Virus record (IMG/VR): IMGVR_UViG_2534681736_000010
DNA from: a virus
Taxonomy: Duplodnaviria > Heunggongvirae > Uroviricota > Caudoviricetes
Strand: one strand, 5' to 3'
Length of the DNA stretch: 5,774 nt
This document shows positions 1-5,774 of the stretch, piece after piece. The position numbers and the translations under genes were made by a program. Numbering within the stretch: position 1 is the first letter of the stretch; each line of letters opens with the position of its first letter. The notes below the pieces were generated by a model. It saw only the letters and a list, made by a program, of their open reading frames with translations. It made no database searches and had not been told where the DNA came from.

Positions 1-1
1 G

Positions 2-481
2 GGGCGTTCCGGGCGTCGCCCCAAGCCAACGGCGCGCAAGGCGCTGGCCGGAACCCCCGGCAAGCGAGCCCTGAACAAAGATGAACCTGTTTTTACGCCC
101 ATCAAAGGTGTTGAGCCACCGGAGTGGTTCGCTGAAGAAGATCTCCCTCTCGCCACGATCATGTGGCAACTGACAACCAAAGAACTCTGCGGTCAGGGCC
201 TGCTGTGCGTGACTGACCTCGCGGTGCTTGAGCGGTGGTGCGTGGCCTATGAGTTCTGGCGACGTGCCGTGAAAAATATTGCCAGACAGGGCAACACCAT
301 CACCGGTGCAATGGGCGGCATGGTCAAAAATCCGGAGCTGACCGCCAAAAAAGAACAGGAGTCCGAGATGAGCAGTACGGGGGCAATGCTCGGACTCGAC
401 CCCAGCAGCCGCCAGCGTCTGATTGGCCTGGCGGGGCAGAAGAAAGCCACTAACCCGTTTCTGAAAATTATCGAATCATGA
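2..481 (+). CDS. Phage terminase small subunit, P27-family-like; 5'-partial (start lies just upstream of the window)
   Basis: The frame of the track ORF 161..481 stays open back to nt 2 with no stop. The extended translation begins [29 protein letters not shown]..., which matches the basic N-terminal motif I recall for P27-type small terminases, so only a few codons are missing. Stop TGA at 479-481 overlaps the ATG of the next gene (ATGA). Position directly upstream of a large terminase fits. Confidence 0.85.
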   Translation, partial: GRSGRRPKPTARKALAGTPGKRALNKDEPVFTPIKGVEPPEWFAEEDLPLATIMWQLTTKELCGQGLLCVTDLAVLERWCVAYEFWRRAVKNIARQGNTITGAMGGMVKNPELTAKKEQESEMSSTGAMLGLDPSSRQRLIGLAGQKKATNPFLKIIES

Positions 482-2211
482 GCCGGAAATCTTACCCCAA
501 CGTAAATGCTGCAAATCAGTATGCCCGTGATGTCGTGCGCGGAAAGATTGTGGCCTGCCAGTTTGTGATTCAGGCCTGCCAGCGCCATCTTGATGACCTG
601 ATGGCGGAAAAAAGTAAGTCGTTTCGTTACCGCTTCGACAAGGACCTGGCTGAACGGGCCGCGAAATTTATTCAGCTGTTGCCGCACACCAAGGGTGAGT
701 GGGCATTCAAACGGATGCCCATCACGCTGGAGCCGTGGCAGCTCTTTGTGATCTGCTGCGCGTTTGGCTGGGTCAATAAAGGCTCCCGGCTGCGCCGCTT
801 CCGGGAGGTGTATACCGAAATCCCCCGTAAGAACGGCAAATCGGCAATCTCTGCCGGTGTCGCCCTGTATTGTTTTGCCTGTGATAACGAGTTCGGCGCG
901 GAAGTGTATTCCGGTGCCACGACGGAGAAACAGGCATGGGAAGTCTTTCGTCCGGCACGACTGATGTGTAAACGCACACCCATGCTGACGGAAGCGTTCG
1001 GGATTGAGGTTAACGCCTCAAACATGAACCGTCCGGAGGATGGTGCGCGGTTTGAACCGCTGATCGGTAACCCTGGTGATGGTTCATCACCCCACTGTGC
1101 GGTGGTGGATGAATATCACGAGCACGCCACCGATGCGCTTTATACCACGATGCTTACCGGGATGGGGGCGCGACGTCAGCCACTGATGTGGGCCATCACC
1201 ACCGCCGGGTACAACATTGAGGGGCCGTGCTACGACAAGCGGCGGGAAGTTATCGAGATGCTCAACGGTTCGGTACCCAACGATGAACTGTTCGGGATCA
1301 TCTATACCGTTGATGAAGGTGACGACTGGATCGACCCGCAGGTGCTGGAAAAAGCCAATCCAAATATTGGCGTGTCGGTTTATCGCGAATTTTTGTTAAG
1401 TCAGCAGCAGCGTGCGAAAAATAACGCCCGTCTGGCAAACGTCTTTAAAACAAAACACCTCAATATCTGGGTGTCGGCGCGTTCGGCGTATTTCAACCTG
1501 GTGAGCTGGCAGAGCTGCGAGGATAAATCACTGACCCTTGAGCAGTTCGAGGGGCAGCCGTGCATTCTGGCCTTTGACCTGGCGCGTAAGCTGGATATGA
1601 ACAGCATGGCGCGACTTTATACCCGCGAGATTGACGGTAAAACGCATTACTACAGTGTGGCCCCGCGTTTCTGGGTACCGTATGACACGGTGTACAGCGT
1701 CGAGAAAAATGAAGATCGCCGGACAGCCGAACGCTTTCAGAAATGGGTGGAAATGGGCGTTCTGACTGTTACCGCTGGTGCGGAGGTGGATTATCGGTAC
1801 ATCCTCGAGGAGGCCAAAGCGGCGAACAAAATCAGCCCGGTCAGTGAGTCACCCATCGACCCCTTCGGGGCGACCGGGCTGTCGCATGACCTTGCTGATG
1901 AAGACCTGAACCCCATCACCATCATTCAGAACTACACCAACATGTCCGATCCGATGAAAGAGCTGGAAGCGGCGATTGAATCGGGGCGCTTTCATCATGA
2001 CGGCAATCCCATCATGACCTGGTGTATCGGCAACGTGGTCGGCAAAACCATTCCGGGTAACGATGATGTGGTGAAGCCTGTCAAGGAGCAGGCGGAAAAC
2101 AAAATCGATGGTGCGGTTGCGCTGATTATGGCGATCGGTCGGGCAATGCTCAAAGAACCCGACGATTTCCTCTCATCTCTTGATCCGGACGATGCTCTCT
2201 TAATTCTATGA
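478..2211 (+). CDS. Phage terminase large subunit (Terminase_1-type ATPase plus C-terminal nuclease)
   Basis: 577-aa ORF. P-loop-like motif IPRKNGKS at residues 115-122 (nt 820-843) and acidic Walker-B-like AVVDEYHEH (D211-E212 at nt 1108-1113). C-terminal region has motifs consistent with an RNaseH-like nuclease ([22 protein letters not shown]). ATG at 478 overlaps the upstream stop; the size is typical of large terminases. Confidence 0.95.
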   Translation: MSRKSYPNVNAANQYARDVVRGKIVACQFVIQACQRHLDDLMAEKSKSFRYRFDKDLAERAAKFIQLLPHTKGEWAFKRMPITLEPWQLFVICCAFGWVNKGSRLRRFREVYTEIPRKNGKSAISAGVALYCFACDNEFGAEVYSGATTEKQAWEVFRPARLMCKRTPMLTEAFGIEVNASNMNRPEDGARFEPLIGNPGDGSSPHCAVVDEYHEHATDALYTTMLTGMGARRQPLMWAITTAGYNIEGPCYDKRREVIEMLNGSVPNDELFGIIYTVDEGDDWIDPQVLEKANPNIGVSVYREFLLSQQQRAKNNARLANVFKTKHLNIWVSARSAYFNLVSWQSCEDKSLTLEQFEGQPCILAFDLARKLDMNSMARLYTREIDGKTHYYSVAPRFWVPYDTVYSVEKNEDRRTAERFQKWVEMGVLTVTAGAEVDYRYILEEAKAANKISPVSESPIDPFGATGLSHDLADEDLNPITIIQNYTNMSDPMKELEAAIESGRFHHDGNPIMTWCIGNVVGKTIPGNDDVVKPVKEQAENKIDGAVALIMAIGRAMLKEPDDFLSSLDPDDALLIL

Positions 2212-2369
2212 AATCACTAATTGCTGATGTTATCGGGCTGGCTGGTTTTGGCCTGCTTACGTGCGGGTTTTACCTGCAGTTTGGTATGGCTCCGGCTCTG
2301 ATGCTGTCCGGCGGTTTACTGCTGGTGGGCGCACTGGCTATGGCCAGAAGGGGGACGCGTGCTGCTTGA
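2208..2369 (+). CDS. Small hypothetical membrane protein (53 aa, two predicted transmembrane helices); not in the supplied ORF track
   Basis: My translation: [56 protein letters not shown] 2208-2210 overlaps the terL stop 2209-2211 (ATGA); stop TGA 2367-2369 overlaps the portal GTG start at 2359. It fills the 147-nt gap between terL and portal exactly. Two hydrophobic stretches are separated by a short QFG turn, with a basic C-terminus (RRGTR). Codon choice is CTG/GGC-rich like the flanking genes. No Shine-Dalgarno is visible, so expression would depend on coupling to terL. Confidence 0.45.
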   Translation: MKSLIADVIGLAGFGLLTCGFYLQFGMAPALMLSGGLLLVGALAMARRGTRAA

Positions 2370-3585
2370 TGCTCTGTTCAGAAGTAAATCACTGGAGAAT
2401 CCTTCCACCCCGATAACCGGGGATGCCGTTGATACTGATGGGCTGTTCCGGACAGACGTTTATGTCAGTCCTGAAACTGCGATGAAACTGGCTGCGGTGT
2501 ATTCCTGTATCTATGTCCTGTCTTCCAGCCTTGCCCAGATGCCGTTGCATGTTATGCGCAGGCACAATGGGAAGGTTGAGCCCGCACGCGATCATCCGGC
2601 GTTTTATCTGGTTCATGATGAGCCCAATACCTGGCAAACCAGTTACAAATGGCGCGAACTGAAGCAACGTCACATCCTTGGCTGGGGGAATGGGTATACC
2701 TGGGTGAAACGTAATCGTCGCGGTGAAGTCATATCCCTGGATTGCTGTATGCCGTGGGAAACGACGCTGATGAATACTGGTGGCCGATATACCTACGGTT
2801 TGTACAACGAATATGGGGCGTTTGCGATCAGCCCCGACGATATGATCCACATCCGTGCGCTGGGTAATAATCAGAAGATGGGGCTGAGTCCGATTATGCA
2901 ACATGCCGAAACAATAGGCATGGGGATGAGCGGTCAGAAATACACAGAAAGCTTCTTCAGCGGTAATGCCCGTCCGGCGGGGATAGTATCCGTTAAAAGC
3001 GGACTCAATAAGGACAGCTGGGGCTGGCTTAAAGATCAGTGGCAGAAGGCATCGCAGGCGTTACGCAGCCAGGAAAACAAAACCATGCTGCTGCCAGCCG
3101 ATCTGGATTACAAGGCACTGACTGTGTCGCCAGTTGACGCTCAGATCATTGACATGATGAAACTGAACCGTTCAATGATTGCCGGTATTTTCAATATTCC
3201 TGCGCACATGATTAATGACCTCGAAAAAGCCACCTTCTCCAATATTTCTGCGCAGGCGATTCAGTTTGTCCGCTACACGATGATGCCGTGGGTAACGAAC
3301 TGGGAGCAGGAGCTTAACCGTCGCTTGTTTACCCGCGCTGAGTTAGCCGCCGGGTATTACGTTAGGTTCAATCTGACGGGGCTTTTACGCGGAACTCCGC
3401 AGGAGCGCGCGCAATTCTATCACTTCGCTATTACCGATGGATGGATGAGCCGTAATGAAGCCCGCGCATTCGAGGATATGAATCCGGTTGAAGGGCTGGA
3501 TGAGATGCTGGTAAGCGTGAATGCTGCTAACCCGGCAGGAGATTTTAAGCCCCCAAAAAATGATGAGGGAAAAACCAATGAATGA
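2359..3585 (+). CDS. Phage portal protein, HK97-family-like
   Basis: 408-aa ORF. N-terminus [22 protein letters not shown]...VSPETAMKLAAVYSCIYVLSSSLAQMPLHVMRR resembles the conserved N-terminal region of HK97-type portals. GTG at 2359 is the first possible start in this frame (in-frame stop TGA at 2299-2301; no ATG/GTG/TTG between). A G-rich stretch (agaaggggg, 2346-2354) lies just upstream. The size and position between terminase and protease fit. Confidence 0.9.
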   Translation: MLLDALFRSKSLENPSTPITGDAVDTDGLFRTDVYVSPETAMKLAAVYSCIYVLSSSLAQMPLHVMRRHNGKVEPARDHPAFYLVHDEPNTWQTSYKWRELKQRHILGWGNGYTWVKRNRRGEVISLDCCMPWETTLMNTGGRYTYGLYNEYGAFAISPDDMIHIRALGNNQKMGLSPIMQHAETIGMGMSGQKYTESFFSGNARPAGIVSVKSGLNKDSWGWLKDQWQKASQALRSQENKTMLLPADLDYKALTVSPVDAQIIDMMKLNRSMIAGIFNIPAHMINDLEKATFSNISAQAIQFVRYTMMPWVTNWEQELNRRLFTRAELAAGYYVRFNLTGLLRGTPQERAQFYHFAITDGWMSRNEARAFEDMNPVEGLDEMLVSVNAANPAGDFKPPKNDEGKTNE

Positions 3586-4180
3586 CCGTGAAATCCGTTG
3601 TTACAGCGGTGAGGTGCGTGCTGAGCGGCATGACGATAACCCTGCGCACATTATCGGTTATGGATCGGTGTTTGACTGTCGTTCTGAGCTGATATTTGGT
3701 TCATTCCGCGAAATCATCCGGCCCGGCGCTTTTGACGATGTGCTTGGTGATGATGTACGCGCACTGTTTAACCACGATCCTAATTTTATTCTTGGGCGTA
3801 GTGCAGCAGGCACGCTGAATCTTTCAGTTGATGAGCGCGGATTGCGCTATGACATCCAGGCTCCGGAGACACAGACCATTCGTGATCTGGTGCTGGCCCC
3901 GATGCAACGTGGAGATATTAACCAGTCATCTTTTGCTTTCCGTGTCGCCCGTGACGGCGAGGAGTGGTATCAGGATGAGGACGGGGTTGTTATTCGCGAG
4001 ATAACCCGCTTTTCCCGTCTGCTGGATGTCAGTCCTGTGACATATCCTGCCTATCAGGAGGCTGACTCGGCTGTTCGCTCCATGAAAGCATGGCAGGAGG
4101 CGCGCAACAGCGGCGCGCTACAGAAAGCCATTAATCAACGTATGGCGCGTGAACGCGTCCTGACCCTTCTTAACGCGTAA
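3578..4180 (+). CDS. Prohead maturation protease, HK97-family (S78-like) serine protease
   Basis: Translation from ATG 3578: MNDREIRCYSGEVRAERHDDNPAHIIGYGSVFD...PGAFDD...LFNHDPN...INQSSFAF, with His66 (nt 3773-3775) and Ser117/118 (nt 3926-3931) spaced as expected for the HK97 gp4-type catalytic residues. GAGGGA at 3565-3570 lies 7 nt upstream of the ATG, which overlaps the portal stop (ATGAATGA). In-frame ATGs at 3521, 3560 and 3563 lack a Shine-Dalgarno and are less likely. Confidence 0.88.
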   Translation: MNDREIRCYSGEVRAERHDDNPAHIIGYGSVFDCRSELIFGSFREIIRPGAFDDVLGDDVRALFNHDPNFILGRSAAGTLNLSVDERGLRYDIQAPETQTIRDLVLAPMQRGDINQSSFAFRVARDGEEWYQDEDGVVIREITRFSRLLDVSPVTYPAYQEADSAVRSMKAWQEARNSGALQKAINQRMARERVLTLLNA

Positions 4181-4190
4181 AGGAAACATC

Positions 4191-5420
4191 ATGAAACTGC
4201 ATGAACTGAAACAGAAACGTAATACTATCGCAACTGACATGCGCGCCCTGAATGAAAAAATTGGTGATAACGCATGGACGGAAGAGCAGCGCACTGAGTG
4301 GAACAAAGCAAAATCCGAACTGGAAGCGCTTGATGAACGAATTGCACGCGAAGAAGAACTGCGTCGTCAGGATCAGGCGTACATTGAAAGCAATGAGGAA
4401 GAGCAGCGTCAGAATCTTGATCCGGAAAACAATCCACAACAGGATGAGAAACGAGCTCAGGTTTTTGATAAGTGGATGCGTCACGGTGCCAGTGAGCTGA
4501 CATCAGAAGAACGAAAGGCGTTGCGTGAACTTCGTGCCCAGGGCGTAGCTCAGGATGAAAAGGGCGGATATACCGTACCAGAAACATTCCTGGCGAAAGT
4601 TGTTGAGAAGATGAAATCCTACGGTGGCATCGCCAGTGTGGCGCAGATTCTTACCACTTCTGACGGTCGCACTATGGAGTGGGCAACAGCTGATGGTACT
4701 TCCGAAGTTGGTGTTCTGCTGGGCGAAAATGAAGAAGCCGGTGAAGAAGACACCGATTTCGGTATGGGAAGCCTTGGGGCGCTCAAAATGACATCGAAAA
4801 TAATTCGTGTGTCTAATGAGTTGCTGCAGGACAGTGCGATCGATATGGAAGCTTATCTTGCCCGTCGCATTGCTGAACGTATTGGTCGTGGTGAAGCCCG
4901 TTATCTGATTCAGGGAACTGGTGCTGGTACGCCTAAACAACCCAAAGGGCTGGTCGCATCTGTGACCGGCACAACACAGACTGCCGCGGCAAATACGGTG
5001 AAGTGGCAGGAAATTCTGGCTCTGAAACACAGCATTGATCCTGCATATCGTCGCGGACCGAAATTCCGCCTGGCGTTTAACGATAATACGCTGAAACTGA
5101 TCAGTGAGATGGAAGACGGTCAGGGACGCCCTTTATGGTTGCCGGATATTGTTGGTGTGGCACCTGCTTCAGTGTTGAATGTACCGTATGTCATTGATCA
5201 GGAAATTGATGATATCGGGGCGGGTAAAAAATTCATGTTCTGTGGTGACTTTGATCGCTTCATTATCCGTCGTGTGCGATACATGATTCTTAAACGTCTG
5301 GTTGAGCGTTACGCGGAATATGATCAGACCGGTTTTCTGGCCTTCCATCGTTTTGACTGTATCCTGGAAGACACCTCTGCCATTAAAGCGCTGGTGGGGA
5401 AAGGTAGCGTTGGTGGTTGA
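4191..5420 (+). CDS. Major capsid protein, HK97-fold, with N-terminal delta (scaffold-like) domain
   Basis: 409-aa ORF. Residues 1 to about 115 are highly charged, helix-prone and rich in E/R/K/Q (MKLHELKQKRNTIATDMRALNEKIGDNAWTEEQRTEWNKAKSELEALDERIAREEELRRQ...), as in an HK97 delta domain. This is followed by GGYTVPETF and a body with motifs typical of HK97-type capsids (SNELLQDSAIDMEAYLARRIAERIGRGEARYLIQGTG). AAGGA at 4179-4183 lies 7 nt before the ATG. It sits immediately after the protease, the canonical order. Confidence 0.93.
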   Translation: MKLHELKQKRNTIATDMRALNEKIGDNAWTEEQRTEWNKAKSELEALDERIAREEELRRQDQAYIESNEEEQRQNLDPENNPQQDEKRAQVFDKWMRHGASELTSEERKALRELRAQGVAQDEKGGYTVPETFLAKVVEKMKSYGGIASVAQILTTSDGRTMEWATADGTSEVGVLLGENEEAGEEDTDFGMGSLGALKMTSKIIRVSNELLQDSAIDMEAYLARRIAERIGRGEARYLIQGTGAGTPKQPKGLVASVTGTTQTAAANTVKWQEILALKHSIDPAYRRGPKFRLAFNDNTLKLISEMEDGQGRPLWLPDIVGVAPASVLNVPYVIDQEIDDIGAGKKFMFCGDFDRFIIRRVRYMILKRLVERYAEYDQTGFLAFHRFDCILEDTSAIKALVGKGSVGG

Positions 5421-5445
5421 TTAGTCTTTTTACGTAATACAGCAC

Positions 5446-5466
5446 GCCGCGTAATGCGGTTTTTTT
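5446..5466 (+). terminator. Weak intrinsic-terminator-like element: short hairpin followed by a run of 7 T
   Basis: Stem CCGC (5447-5450) / GCGG (5456-5459) with loop GTAAT, followed directly by TTTTTTT (5460-5466), 27 nt after the capsid stop. The stem is only 4-5 bp, so predicted strength is low. Confidence 0.35.
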
Positions 5467-5488
5467 GTGCCCGCGTTCTGGCGGGCAC
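5467..5488 (+). other. Perfect 8-bp GC-rich stem-loop (GTGCCCGC / loop GTTCTG / GCGGGCAC) abutting the downstream Shine-Dalgarno
   Basis: Arms 5467-5474 and 5481-5488 are exact reverse complements (6 of 8 pairs G:C). It lies between the T-run and the AGGAGG at 5489-5494. Function is unknown (second terminator hairpin, RNA stabiliser or processing site). Confidence 0.5.
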
Positions 5489-5494
5489 AGGAGG
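5489..5494 (+). promoter_or_regulatory. Shine-Dalgarno (AGGAGG) for the downstream ORF
   Basis: Consensus AGGAGG sits 4 nt upstream of ATG 5499. Confidence 0.55.
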
Positions 5495-5498
5495 TTTT

Positions 5499-5735
5499 AT
5501 GCTGTTAAAAATGGAAGAGATTAAGCTTCAGCTCCGTCTGGATGATGATTTCTCTGATGAAGATGAGTTGCTTGAACTGCTTGGTAAGGCCGCTCAGAGT
5601 CGTACGGAAAACTTCCTTAACCGTAAGTTGTATGCAACCGCAGATGACAGGCCTGCGGATGATCCTGATGGGCTTGTGATATCTGATGATGTGAAGCTGG
5701 CACTTCTGAACCGCCCCGGAAATCCTGGAGACTAA
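5499..5735 (+). CDS. Small acidic protein, probably a gp6-like head-tail connector / DNA-packaging protein (short form)
   Basis: Translation MLLKMEEIKLQLRLDDDFSDEDELLELLGKAAQSRTENFLNRKLYATADD... resembles the N-terminal motif I recall for gp6-like connector proteins (EE.K.HLR.D.DD.D..L......A.......TGR.L). It lies directly downstream of the capsid gene, as in HK97-like modules. Start 5499 is preferred over the track start 5454, which sits inside the hairpin region with no ribosome-binding site; ATG 5511 is an alternative. Stop TAA at 5733-5735. Confidence 0.6.
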   Translation: MLLKMEEIKLQLRLDDDFSDEDELLELLGKAAQSRTENFLNRKLYATADDRPADDPDGLVISDDVKLALLNRPGNPGD

Positions 5736-5760
5736 ACTCCCTGAGAAAGAGGTAAACAGG

Positions 5761-5774
5761 ATGACTAAAAATAC
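5761..5774 (+). CDS. 5' end of next late gene (product unknown; truncated by window end)
   Basis: ATG at 5761 (MTKN...) preceded by AAAGAGG at 5746-5752 with an 8-nt spacer. Only 4 codons are visible, so the product cannot be assigned. Confidence 0.35.

Noticed and set aside
247-1025. Minus-strand ORFs 247..687 (146 aa) and 672..1025 (117 aa)
   Set aside because: Entirely antisense to the well-supported terS and terL genes; translations are low-complexity (Pro/Arg/Ser-rich) with no recognisable motifs and no ribosome-binding sites. Typical antisense open frames.
764-1399. Plus-strand alternative-frame ORFs 764..964 and 1217..1399 inside terL
   Set aside because: Embedded out of frame within a clearly coding terminase gene; Arg/Pro/Ser-rich translations typical of off-frame reading; no start context.
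1401-1607. Minus-strand ORF 1401..1607 (68 aa)
   Set aside because: Antisense within terL, short, no supporting signals.
2389-2904. Minus-strand ORF 2389..2904 (171 aa)
   Set aside because: Antisense to the conserved N-terminal half of the portal gene; no motif or start context; treated as spurious.
3555-3561. A_AAA_AAT heptamer at the end of the portal gene resembling a -1 slippery sequence
   Set aside because: A -1 shift runs into a stop almost immediately (aaa aaa tga), and a +1 shift fusing portal to protease has no precedent I know of; no downstream stimulatory structure is evident. Most likely coincidental.
3521-3577. Alternative upstream starts for the protease (ATG 3521, 3560, 3563)
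   Set aside because: None has a Shine-Dalgarno, 3521 would overlap the portal by 65 nt, and the conserved protease N-terminal region begins right after ATG 3578, which does have a GAGGGA ribosome-binding site.
4252-4500. Plus-strand alternative-frame ORF 4252..4500 (82 aa, very basic) inside the capsid delta-domain region
   Set aside because: An off-frame reading of a Glu/Lys/Arg-rich coding region naturally yields a basic open frame; there is no ribosome-binding site. Overlapping genes are possible in phages, but there is no positive evidence here.
4118-5030. Minus-strand ORFs 4118..4306, 4170..4484, 4225..4587 and 4503..5030
   Set aside because: All antisense to the protease 3' end and capsid gene; the sequences look like frame-shifted noise (e.g. 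Cys/His-rich, no domain-like features); spurious.
5417-5445. Possible sigma-70 promoter in the capsid-connector intergenic region (TTGATT at 5417-5422)
   Set aside because: No acceptable -10 hexamer at 16-18 nt spacing; late phage operons are usually read through from an upstream late promoter. Not supported.
5454-5498. Track start at 5454 for the post-capsid ORF
   Set aside because: This ATG lies within the terminator-like hairpin loop, has no ribosome-binding site, and the extension (MRFFCARVLAGTGGF) is translated hairpin sequence; ATG 5499 with AGGAGG upstream is far more plausible.
1-5774. CRISPR arrays, tRNA genes, insertion sequence ends or long direct/inverted repeats
   Set aside because: Scanning by eye found no periodic repeat-spacer pattern, no tRNA-like cloverleaf candidates in non-coding space (there is almost none), and no terminal inverted repeats; coding density leaves essentially no room for such elements.

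Overview
This window is a contiguous, same-strand (+) head-morphogenesis module of an HK97-like tailed phage or prophage; I do not see a novel defence or accessory system in it. Gene order is: terminase small subunit (P27-family-like, 5' end cut by the window), terminase large subunit, a 53-codon hydrophobic ORF absent from the supplied track, portal, prohead protease, major capsid protein with a fused N-terminal scaffold-like domain, tandem hairpins, a short acidic gp6-like ORF, and the first codons of a further gene. Gene junctions mostly overlap (ATGA-type), suggesting one translationally coupled late operon. No tRNA, rRNA, CRISPR array, integrase or insertion sequence is visible. The candidates for something undescribed are modest: the small two-helix membrane ORF between terminase and portal, the unusually short connector-like ORF, and the hairpin pair after the capsid gene. 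All family assignments rest on recognising protein motifs by eye and need confirmation by HMM or BLAST search.
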